Source: Balanoglossus misakiensis | Lineage: Eukaryota; Animalia; Hemichordata | Direction of reading: 5' to 3' | Assembly: GCA_040954595.2 (NCBI GenBank) | Contig: CM082592.2 | Location: forward strand, 6,745,677-6,809,676 | DNA length: 64,000 nucleotides | Position numbers and translations under genes: made by a program | The notes under the pieces: model-generated | Databases searched by the model: none | Told to the model about the DNA's origin: nothing | The model's input: only the letters and a program-made list of their open reading frames with translations | Part shown: positions 49,114 to 60,645 of the stretch, one piece after another | How the letters are laid out: the number at the start of each line of letters is the position of its first letter | Numbering within the stretch: position 1 is the first letter of the stretch

Positions 49114-52100
49114 AGCGATAGCGTGATGTAACAACCCAACTGACCGAGATCAGACCAGCCAGAGACGAAAATTAAAGATGGCGGCCTGGTACCTTTAGAG
49201 GTCCGGAAGATGCGAATATCCATGGATCGTAGATTGATAAAACACGCGTCATGATGGAAGTATTTGCATGGCAGTTATATCCACCCGCTTTAGAATACAG
49301 GGAAAACTACTACAGTAGTATGAAATGTACTAACCTGAGAAAACACAGAACATGTTGCATGTGGTCGTTCTGGCTGTAGGCTGATGTGTGGAGGACCGTG
49401 CTTGAACTGAAACAAAATACAACAAAACTTACGTTAAATTAGACAATTTGAAGACAAAATACATTGAGACGGAAAAGAATTACTTGAGGACTTGGCACAT
49501 TAAACCCCGTATAGAAGTTAATTGGAAAAATGAAGCGAAAAATATCAAATACTAACCTGAAAATACACAGGACTTGCTTGCTACAAGTGGCCGTTCTGGC
49601 CGCAGGGTTTAACTGAAGGCTACTTCCGGTTTCAAATTGTCTCTTTTGTATGACAGTGACTGATGTATGAAAGGACATGATTGGCTGGTTGGATGGCCAG
49701 CCAGGTGAAATAAAGTTACTATGCAAATTAGATATAACATCACAAAAGAAAGTCAGACACACTGACACAGAGCCGTAGACACACTCAGAAAACGATCGCC
49801 ATTGTCCGTAGTAACTTCAAACGTTTGTGCGATGTCCGAAAGTGGGTTAAATTATTGCTACGCAGAAATGAAAGACAACAAAATAGTTTAATGTCGATGA
49901 CCGGGTATGGTTAACAAGGTGATTATCTGGTATAGGGCAGTTTTAAATTCTCAAAACAAGTTGTTTACTTGCAGGAAACAGCTAAGTCAACGGCCGCCGA
50001 GAAACGGGAAGACGACGATTTTTGAGGACATAAGAGGTCGGCTAGTGATGTATCATGTCTTTCAATATGACGTACTTGTCAACGACAAGCGCTGGCGATG
50101 CTACCGATATTTGCACGCTCACTTCAGGAAATGCCGCTATATGCGATGAGTCATCCTCGGTGTAGTCTGCTCGAAATGATGTACGGGACTGTTATTAAAA
50201 TAAAGAGGTTGTAATAGGACTTTTATTTCGCGCTATCATTTTGCGCCCCAAAATTAGAACGATACATGTTCAGCCAGTATAAGAATGACTACTCTAATTC
50301 CAGATCTTCCAAACATCGGAGATACTCTCTGATAAATGTAAAGACCGAGTGACCCGCGCCTGTATTTCTGCGAATTCCCTGAAGATAGAACGGTGTTGCC
50401 GGCGGGTATTCTTTGAATTAGGTAGATGAACTGGTCATCTCCCCCGTGTCGTGTGTCTACATCGTTAGTTTGAACGTAAATACAATCTAACGATGGGATC
50501 TCATGATACTCATTCTTTTGAGTCTCCATGAAACGGAACGCTGCCATGGCGACGCCGATCTTCAAGTAACCGTGAAGTCTCGTCATTAGTGCTCAAATTT
50601 GAATTGCAGACGACAAACTCGCCAAAGAAAAAAGAGCGAAGAGAACACTGCTGGATATATTTTAATAAAATGAAATGATTATTAATATATTTTGCGTATA
50701 ATATAGTAAGAATATACAACAGTGAAGTAATCATTGACATTTAATTTCAACTTCAACGTCAATCATCATGATATTGACGTCGTTTGTACAGAAAGTTATG
50801 TTTTTTTCGTCTTCTTTTTTTTACCAGTCACGTACGTTAGCTTCTATAACATGGCATGTTATATTAAAGTATGAGGTTTTCGTTTTCTATGCCATTTGGG
50901 TTTCTCGCATGTGGGTATTTGTGTGACACATGCGCGTACAGCTACAAGTACCCTCATATCTATAAGGCAACATCTATTAAAACCTGCAGATATTTTTACA
51001 CAGACAAAATCATCCCTGATTATACATGTACACAATAAACAGTTCTCTTTGCATTCGTCAAAAATGGTTTGTGTAGATGGTTTCACGGGTCCTAGCAAGT
51101 TCTCACGGATCATGGATTTCTAGCGCATGTCATGATAAATAGCAAAGGCCTGCTATGTCGTCTTTGTTGTAACACTCGATACGACATGGTACTATTTCCT
51201 TCAGGGTTGCTCTTCGAGGACTTCGTGTTCATATGTTGTTGTATACGTGCAATCCGTGCCTTGATTCGTGTCGAGGAAGTGGTCCGGCGCGCGTCACTCG
51301 GCAATTTCAGTCTGAGAAGTTTTACGCTTTTCATCTCGAATGACGGCCCATACGAGTTATGTTATTTAAAGATGACACAGAAAAAGTATTGAATAACCCC
51401 CGTAAGTACAATCGCGTGTCTCGGAGCCAATGATACCCGGGCGTATCATTATCACACGTCAGTGATCACGGAAAATTGTGCAATTATAGTAATTTTAATC
51501 TGTCTATAAATCTCAACATCCGCGGTGAATAACATCCTAGTTATTTCATTATATCATTCTATACAACAAGCTCTAATGTCTTTAAGCCGACGTTTCCCCC
51601 TGCTTATTGCTGTGCGTTAATTTTATCTAATTATAAACCTTTTTATGTGAATATGTTCGCTTTATCGGAACGACACGTACAGACGCACGACACAAGTGTC
51701 ATCGTTAGCCATTAACATTCATTTATTCTGCCTTCTGTAAGATAACATCCGATTACGATCTTATTGCGTAGATTATATCCCTTGTCGCTTTGCCTTCCTT
51801 ATAAACCACTTCTATTAATTGGAAAGTATTGTCTCCTGCACGTCTCCAGGAAAAAAAATCCATTTCCTGTCAAAACGTAACCTTATTTTTCACCTTGATC
51901 CTACATGTTTCCCTCTTATAGGAAAACAACGTGCAGCGGTTGAAGATTCGATACAGAACCATACCTATAGCGATGCCTGAGTTGTATACTTGCCTTCGAC
52001 TTAAAACGTCATTAGCCCAGGGTGAACTGAACCGACGTGGAACGGAGATAAAGTCGCTGGGATAATTACATGTTACAGCCACTTGTGACTCTCTTTTAGA

Positions 52101-52584
52101 TCTTCCAGAAGATAATTCGGAAATAAGGGCTTTCAAACCTGGCTTTCAAGACAAGTGCAGGTGACTTGAAGCTTCAAAGACACTGCGAAACCAAGGGTAC
52201 AGGTAATCCTATTGCATCTGTTATTTCAGATTTACATATCTGGTTAAAAGAAGTCAACCCGACAAATTCAAGACAAATTGAGCACATCAATAGCATTCCA
52301 ATAACATCTGTCAAAAATCAATAATTTGGTACCTGAAATATCTTAGAAGTGGACACTTTTTTGGCTATCTTTAAAAACTGATGTCAGCTGGCGCCTGACT
52401 TGTCCCTAGTTACACAAAAATTGAATATGAACGAAAGCCCTTATATCCTGGCGCCAATTAGACTACTGTGAATGGTTCTGCAAGAATATGACTGTCACAG
52501 GTGACCGATATGACTTTGCAGCGATATTTAAAAAAGTAAATCTTGACACTAGACTAGTAAAAGGGGTCGTCTGGTACGCCAGAT

Positions 52585-52597
52585 GCATTGTGGGTAA
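52585..52597 (-). promoter_or_regulatory. ZNF143/Staf-type motif upstream of FERRY3
   Basis: TTACCCACAATGC on the minus strand about 100 nt upstream of the ATG. Motif match only. Confidence 0.4.
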
Positions 52598-52697
52598 AGT
52601 TCATAATGGAGGTCTGTCGAGGGCGAGTGTGAACGATCGCGAAGGAGTTGGATACGCGACATCTTGTTATTCCTAGTACAGATGCTTAAGTGCAATA

Positions 52698-55600
52698 ATG
52701 GCAGCCAAGACTGTGGAAAGGGACTTTGAGTTTTCCTTCAAGAGCAAAGGATTTCTTTCCAAACTGACTGTTCCAGTGCCCATTCCGCTCACTGTGAGCG
52801 TTGGTGATCTCGTCGGGCGACTGATCAATGCACACAACCTCCCTTGCTACGTTGAGAAGGGTAAGTTGAATCACGAACCGTGTCTTGTTTGATCTTTGAG
52901 TGACAATAGTTTCAGATCGCACACAGAAATACTGCTGATCCCGTGGACGATCATAATACTAGCACATGGATTGTGTTGATCCCAAACCCGGAAGCGATGT
53001 TCCACAGTGGCTGAGGAAAACGCCCCCTTGTGGCTCAGTATCGACAACCTACGTTCAGTGGAGTTTTGGCCCAATCAAACGTAATTTCGTCCAAACTGGC
53101 ACGTTTACAGCATGACAAGAACTTGAAAATTTTCAAGTGATCTCATTTGGTCCTCCCACCAGATCTTCTGGATTCCTTGGAAGAGTTTGTTACCAAGGAA
53201 ACCAGTAAATACCACGATGAAAGGGCAAGTGAGCTGGTGGAGAAATTACAGAAGGGTGAAGTTGATATCGGTCAGATGGCTGAGAAATGGAGCAGAGCAT
53301 TTACACAGGTATTTCATGTTGAAAGGAGACAGTACTTGCCAAAGGATACATCAGTTAATGTTACTGTAACACAATTGGCCCACATCAGTCATGTGACAGT
53401 CACATGGTCATTTGTACATTATATCTACAAATGTTCTGATTTTCAGGAACACAAGTCATACGCCACAGAGAAAGGTCCCAATATGGAGGTGTCGTTCGGG
53501 GAAGTCTATCACAAGCTGATCCACTCTGCTGCTCTGGAAACGCTACTGAATCTAGAACATAGTTATGCGGTCGCTGTGGATGGCATCGTTTCACAACGAG
53601 ATCTTGCGCTGGACCATTTACAGAAAAGGTGAGTACATGAAAATTCATAGTCAAGATATCTCTGTCCTATCAAGTGAGTTTAGAATATTTTAGTGCACAT
53701 TGAGCAGTTTGAATTTTGTTCTTTCCAGGGACCACTGCCAGTCAAAATACAAACTTCACCACACTCTTTCAATATTTTTCTGTACAGCTATTCTGTATGC
53801 GTTATTTTTTTCCAGACAAGGTGACGAGATGGAGAGTGCTGTACAGGCTCTTGGCTCGAAGTACACTGACGATCAGGTCAATTCACTGGCAGCAAGACAT
53901 TTTGAAGATATACAGGTACAGTACACTGTTTATAGCTTTAGAGGTCCCTATACAGTCATACACCAAAACAAATTTAGCCACAGTTATTGTAGGCATGTTG
54001 AAAAGAAGAGCGCCACATCATGGTCGTTTGAAGATAAATGATAAATGACGCAGAATGCGTTGTTTGGGATACCTGCAGTTCAAACGTGAGCTTTCTTTTT
54101 TGTATCTATCTAGATGCTGGAAGCCAAGTGGGCAAGCGAGCTCAGTTCCCTCCAGGAGAGTCAACGCGTTGAGTTCAGAGAATGGGTTTCAACTGTACAT
54201 GAAGATATGGTCTCCTCTCCTGATGGTCAATCGACTGTCATCATGTGAGTGTATGATGCATCTTCAGTCCTAATTCACTGGTTTGACCATAACTGCACAC
54301 TTCTACGCAAAGTCGACGTCCTTGCTTAAAAATATTTTTTTTTCTGGTTATTTTTGGTATCCAGGCAACGCATCCGTGCAATGTCGGACGCCAGTCAGGA
54401 ACAGAGACTGGAAGAAGATCAAGCGCAGCAACCAAGACTTGAAGAAAGTTTCACAATTCATCTTGGTAAGCTGCAGTTCAGGTCGTCTTTTATTTTCAGT
54501 ACAACATGAACACTAGCAAGATTGGGGTCATGTTCGAAACTAGTATTTTGTTGTCAGATTGTAGTGATGGTGATTGCCAGTGGTAAACTGTATCTGTGAA
54601 CATTGCAACCTGTGATAAAAAGGTACATTATTTTGTGTGTTTTTCCCCTTCTAGGTCATCAGATGAAGACAATGCATAATCTCCGCTTGATGTGTGTAGA
54701 TGTGATGGATCTTTGTAGACATAAGACACATAAAGTTGGGTAGGTCTGTCTGTCTGTCAAATGTTAGATTTTTCCATGTAAAATGAATTTCAGATGAGTT
54801 TCTTAAAAATGTTGATTTTTTTCACCATTCTACAGGAGTACAATACTTCCATCACCACAGCGATTGCAGGCTGCCATGTCACTATACTCCAATTCTCTCC
54901 AAGGGTTAGTGCTACTGGTGGATGACAGAATCAATTCTTACACTGGTATCAAAAGAGGTAACCGATGTCAATATACATCCAATGGAACATTATTGTCTGA
55001 TAAACTCCTTACATTTTACATTTTTAATCAAAGACTGAGGATATGTGTGAAAGCTGTGATGTTAAACTTTTTGAATTGTCAGGCTTATATAGATCACCAA
55101 TGGTTCTTTCTTTCTTGTCGGCAGAATTTGCTGGAGTTTGCCAGCAGTCAACAGATTTTCATTTTCCAGACCTGGACACCCAGCTCCGAGTCATACAGCA
55201 ACACGTCATAGAAGCAAACCAAAACAGGCCCGAAAACAGTGAATATGGTAAGAGCACAGAAACCTGGCGGGAAAGTTGATAAACAAATGAAACTAAATGC
55301 AAATCAATTCTACAGGATAGAATTCAGGGAGCATTTAGAGATCGTAGTTTTGATTCAAATTCTACTTGTGTTTTACGGGCTGCAGATAGAACAGATTTCT
55401 AAGCAATGTTTTGTTTTCCAGATTATGGAAACGGCAATGATAATGGTAGCAGGCCGGAGCCAAAAGTAGAAGACAGTGGGGCAGGCGCCAAGCAAAGCAT
55501 CTCACCAAACTTGAAAGCAGGTACTGAAGTGAATACTTATCATTCAGCAATATAATTTGTGTGAACTGTGTTTGTCAGTTATGAATACAGGCGCATATTA

Positions 55601-56449
55601 ATGCTTCAGTAACTGCAACTTAAAGATATTTTCTCAGTAATTTTGTTCTTTGCATCGACTGCAGTATCTTGTTTGACTGACAATCTTCAACAGTAGTTGC
55701 CCTGTAGTGATTCTTTCTCATCTTCAGGTGATTTCTACCTGACTCGACATTCCAACCTGGCCGAAGTCCACGTCGTCTATCACCTCGTAGTCGACGACAA
55801 CATCCGTTCGTCCGACATCTCGTCCCGCCATCCCACCATCATCGGCCTGCGCAACGTACTGAAGAGTTGTTCCGAGCATGACACCTTAACGATAACAATC
55901 CCCCTCTTCCTGGTGTACGAAATGACTGAGGTGGGTGTCGGCCATTTTACTGGAGTCACATAAAAATGCTGTGATGTAATTTTCATTGTCAATGAAAAAG
56001 ACGAAAAATTTTCTGCTGTTTTAACATTTGATACAACATTATGAAGGCCTCGGCACTCAAAATTCAGGACTCCATTCTGTTCTGGTTTTAATCTGCAGGA
56101 AATGACAATTAACTGGTGCATCAAGAGAGCTGAGCTGGTCTTCAAATGTGTCAAGGGATTCATGATGGAGATGACGACTTGGGGAGGCAATGAATCCAGG
56201 ACGATTCAGTTTGTAGTTCCGAAGGTAGGCCGGAGTTGCCATTTTAACTATTTCACTACGCATACTTTTCAGCTGCGGGCGTGCAGTATAACCCTGGTTG
56301 ATACCACTGCATTTTTTGATGAGTGTGTAATTTTCACCCTTTCTTGGTTTCTTTCGCAGAGTATATCCGAAGATCTCTTTGTCCAGCTCAGTGCCATGCT
56401 GCCATCCATATTCCGCGTACTCACAACCATTAATCCACAGAAAACCTGA
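52698..56449 (+). CDS. FERRY3: FERRY endosomal RAB5 effector complex subunit 3 (C12orf4 homolog)
   Basis: About 13 exons (52698-52860, 53163-53308, 53447-53628, 53816-53915, 54114-54244, 54366-54465, 54655-54739, 54836-54957, 55125-55247, 55421-55520, 55728-55930, 56099-56224, 56361-56449; boundaries approximate). Motifs: [99 protein letters not shown]. Confidence 0.93.
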
Positions 56450-59321
56450 ATGAGCCAAGGATCATCCGAACAGGTCAAGGCGATCTATCGGGACAAAGTT
56501 CGACAATACAATTCAAACAGGCTTTTCAAAGAAGTCACCAAGACAAGCATAGTGTGAGAGGTCTCGTCACCAACCCTTTACTGTTTAGCTCCATTTACAT
56601 ACATTTTTTTATTTGCATACATTAGATGCATATAGGCTGGAAATGCTTTTATTATGTCTTCAATATGACCTGCTAATAGCATGTATAAATTTTCAGTACC
56701 TGTATCTTTTTTCAGTCTATTGTCAATGACCTTTGTGTTAATTTCCACCTGTACCACTGTTACTCTCCACTGTTAGCAGAACAACAAGTAGAAGGACTGG
56801 GTACTTAATTTTGCTCGATGTGGGTTATTACAAATCGCGAGTTATGCACAAAAAGAACGTCAATTTTTCATCAATAGGAAAAATGTGTTTTCCTGGCTTC
56901 AGGTGTTAATAACATTCACATTAACAAGTCTTTACCACATGTACCATGGTTGGTGAAATTGCACTTTTGTATTCAAGGGATTCGTTTATTTAAATTAGCT
57001 CATGAATATTCAAATGTAGCCAAGACAGACCTTATACCAGATTACCCAGGCTCTCCTGTTCATTGAAGTATGGATCTTTCAGATACTGTAGACATATTGG
57101 CCTTCTGATCCAACTGCCAGACATGTTACTATTATATATGGAGATAGAGGATTATTTTATTGTTAGATTCTGCTGAACTTTTTATATATGTATCAAACTG
57201 GAAATGAAAACCAAATACTTAAGACCAAAATAAACCGTCGATTGAATTCCACATTGGTCTCTGCCTGTAAATAATGAATGATTCTCACCACTAATGAGAG
57301 TGCATCTGATCATGTTTGTCAGTGTTTGTATCCTATTTTCACCTACAATAACACCCAGTAACTTTGACAGTTTTATATTAACACAACAGTGGACTGTTAG
57401 CACGTACCAGTATATATGGTAATAGAGTGTGGGAGAGTCTTGCCATGCAGAGTGTACTAGTACATGGTGTTTTAAAATGGGGGTACGCTGTGTAACATCA
57501 TTTTCCGCTCATTGCAATGAAGCTATATAATTTATTGCCGGGTTACATAGAGCTGCGAGACTTATTTGGTTAATATTTTATCCGATGAATTTGTCTATTT
57601 GGGGATTTATTGCTGCAATAAGGATTATACTGTTTGATAATGCTAAATTCGCATATTGATTAAAACGCAACCATGCTGTTAATATTATATGACCGGTTTT
57701 AGAACCAGGAAACCAGGTTGTACAGTAGCCTACACGCACTTATTTGTTTCGCATTATATACACGTATACCCGGGGGTCACAGCCCGCCTATTTTCAAATC
57801 CGCGCTTTCACGTTATAACAAGAATCGCTATCGCCTTGCCTCCAATACGTCACCTTTGACGCTCATATCCAAAAATTTGAAGAAGAAAAAAAAACGTTTC
57901 TGGGGAGAGTTTATTACCCGTTTTATTCGTTGCGAAAATAAGAAACAACATTTCTCTTTGTTCGTTTCGTATATGTGATACAGGCTTAAAGTACTGCCCG
58001 TACTTTCTGCAAACAGCAAATTTTAATATTCAAATTAGCGTTGCGTGAATAATTAACGTCTCTCCATTTCCAGGAGATGGGGGTTTAAAGCCTGTTGTAC
58101 CGCGCCACAGAGCCCATTGGTGCACTTGATCACCGAGTTGTCATTCGTGTTACCCGGCGTCCCCATGACTGGAACTATTAATGCGCCCAGGGTCAAATAT
58201 CTTTAGAAAATATTAGGGCCGGTTTAGGTATTACACCGCCAGACGTACGTCGCGTTGATATCGCTGTGGGCACGGTGATCTGTATGAGATTAGCACTGAT
58301 CAGATCAGATCACAATTACACGATCATTGACTGCTGTATCCATTGAGGTAAGTGTCTATAATACATAAACAGTAATTAAAACAGGTTTCATTTCTGCATT
58401 TTTAATTTTCGTCGGCACATTTCTCCTGAGGCGATGCGTCTCCGGGCATACAGACGCGACGTTTAATATTAGATTTATTGTGAAACGTGCACGGCGAATC
58501 TGTGACAATGAAATGTTTACAAACAGGTTTATCTGGCATTGGATGGAAGACCACAATTTGGCCTTCAACGTACGCTTTGAACTAAAATGGGGGTTATAGG
58601 CCTAGATTAGAATTAGAGGGGGTCTAGTACGTGTAGCCTATAATGACAAAGAATACGTCGGTTTCCATAAAAAGAATATTACGTCGTTCATCACAGAGAC
58701 GCGTATTACTGTGAACAATGAAGGCCTTATTGGGATATACACAGATGTGTTTCTGAAAATCTCCTCGACGGCCGTTACCATGTAAACAAGCCGACACCTT
58801 GAATAAGCTTATCCACGGGGAGGAATTAGTGCGTGTATGTCACGGTCAACTCAGGTGGAAGGACTAGATATACTTGTATGTGAAAATTTGAATGTACTTC
58901 GCGAATCGGCTACAGACTACAATTAGATATTTGACCAGAGAGGTAGTTATATTATTTAATCGATTGGCCTATAAACAACGGGCGGAGACAAAAATATTCC
59001 AATGACGTGACAAAGGACGTGTCACAGATAATCTTAGATCGCGAAACGTGCCAAACTGAGTGATGTCAGAAATAGCATGCGTAGGCGCGTAATGGGCGTC
59101 AAAATAAAGACTAATTTTTTTTGAAGACGAAAATCGATCTATGTGTTCACTCTGACCTGCAGGTGCTGTCGTCCGAAAAAGGGGAACTTACATAGGAAAA
59201 CTCGCCTTGCAAACGAAACTAAATATGGTGTAATCAATATTTATGTATGTAATCCGTATATTATGTTTCCTATGTAATCCACGGGTCTGGAGAGGTCTTC
59301 TCAATCATTTAGAAAGTGTCG

Positions 59322-59357
59322 CAGGTTCGCACCTGGGAACAGGTTCGCACCTGGGAA
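59322..59357. repeat. Perfect 18-bp tandem duplication
   Basis: caggttcgcacctgggaa, two copies. Confidence 0.9.
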
Positions 59358-60645
59358 AGTTTCGCGCGCAAAGAAAGCGGGTGACAGTTGTGCCATGCGA
59401 TGACTGGCCGTCCGCGATATAAACATCGATTGCAAAGTCGTTTTGTCTGTGACCCAATTAATAATATTATGGCAGAAGTCTGTGTTATGTTTGTTTAAAA
59501 AACAAGAAAGACCGTCATCACGTTTACAGTGTCCCTGAACAACTGATTTACGATAATGTTCGACCTCTTGGCCATGAGGGCGTACTCCCCTATTGTAGAC
59601 AGGAAATGTTAGATATTCATGATATTGGTCCAAGGATGATCGCTGATATAGCCAGTTGTTATGGCGACACGACCGCGCGCGACGTCGCCCACTGGCGCGT
59701 GGCTTGCCGTGGTATAGCACTTTACGACTCTTCCTCGGACATTGTAAACCAAGTCCGTGTGCTTGGGCGTCCCCTTAGTAACACCGGTGGAGAGACTTTC
59801 ATATTGCAGTGCAGTACAAGCGATGGTAAGGTTTATATGACTTTATATGACAAGTTGTCGACCAAAATCCATATCACCGAAAGGGAAGTGAAAGCTGGGT
59901 AAGAAATTCACGGAATAGCCCGAGGTTTGATATCATAATAACCGATGCTTTAATTCATGTTATTCGGGCAGGTCGTGCGGACCGGGCGACATGGATCACC
60001 CAACACCGACAGTTATGTTCAATTGCCGTCGAGAGAATTATTTGCCACAAGGGTGTAATGCCTAGAAGCGATTACACATGAACAAAATTTTAGGAATTCT
60101 ATAGGACAGGCGCGAATTACAATGGCAACAGCAGTCGCGACTTTTCAATCTGGCCTACAAGTTGAACATATAGGTAGAACGGCTAAAAGAAACTTTTGGC
60201 CGTCCCTTTACTACTTCTAATAAGAAATACCAAGACAAAGCCATCCTTTAGTGCATGCAGCAACGGCGGCACGTGAAAATCCTTAGAACACGCACTTTCC
60301 ATCAAAGAACACCTGTCCAGTTGCGTTCCTTCTAAACTAAGTCAGATCCTGGAGCGAGAAGCATGCTGATGGGTAATATTGGCGGCATTCCAATAATAGT
60401 CGACGCCAGCGGTGACGGAAGCCGGGAAACCCAATTTGGGATCCATGTGTGGCGGAGACGAGGAGTGACCGCCGTGCTTTTATGATAGAAGCAACTTTCT
60501 AATTTACGGCGCACTATGCCGCAGACGATAAGGTAAACGAGGAAAATAGCATATTAACCTACAACAAGTACGGATTAACTGTAACAACAAGTACTTACGG
60601 TGTTTTTTCTCTCTCTGTTTTGTATTTTTGAACAGGGCGAAGTGA

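Noticed and set aside
59606-59902. 98-aa ORF or exon as the BTB gene's first coding exon
   Set aside because: Its donor at 59825 is phase 1 and does not join the BTB frame at either nearby acceptor.
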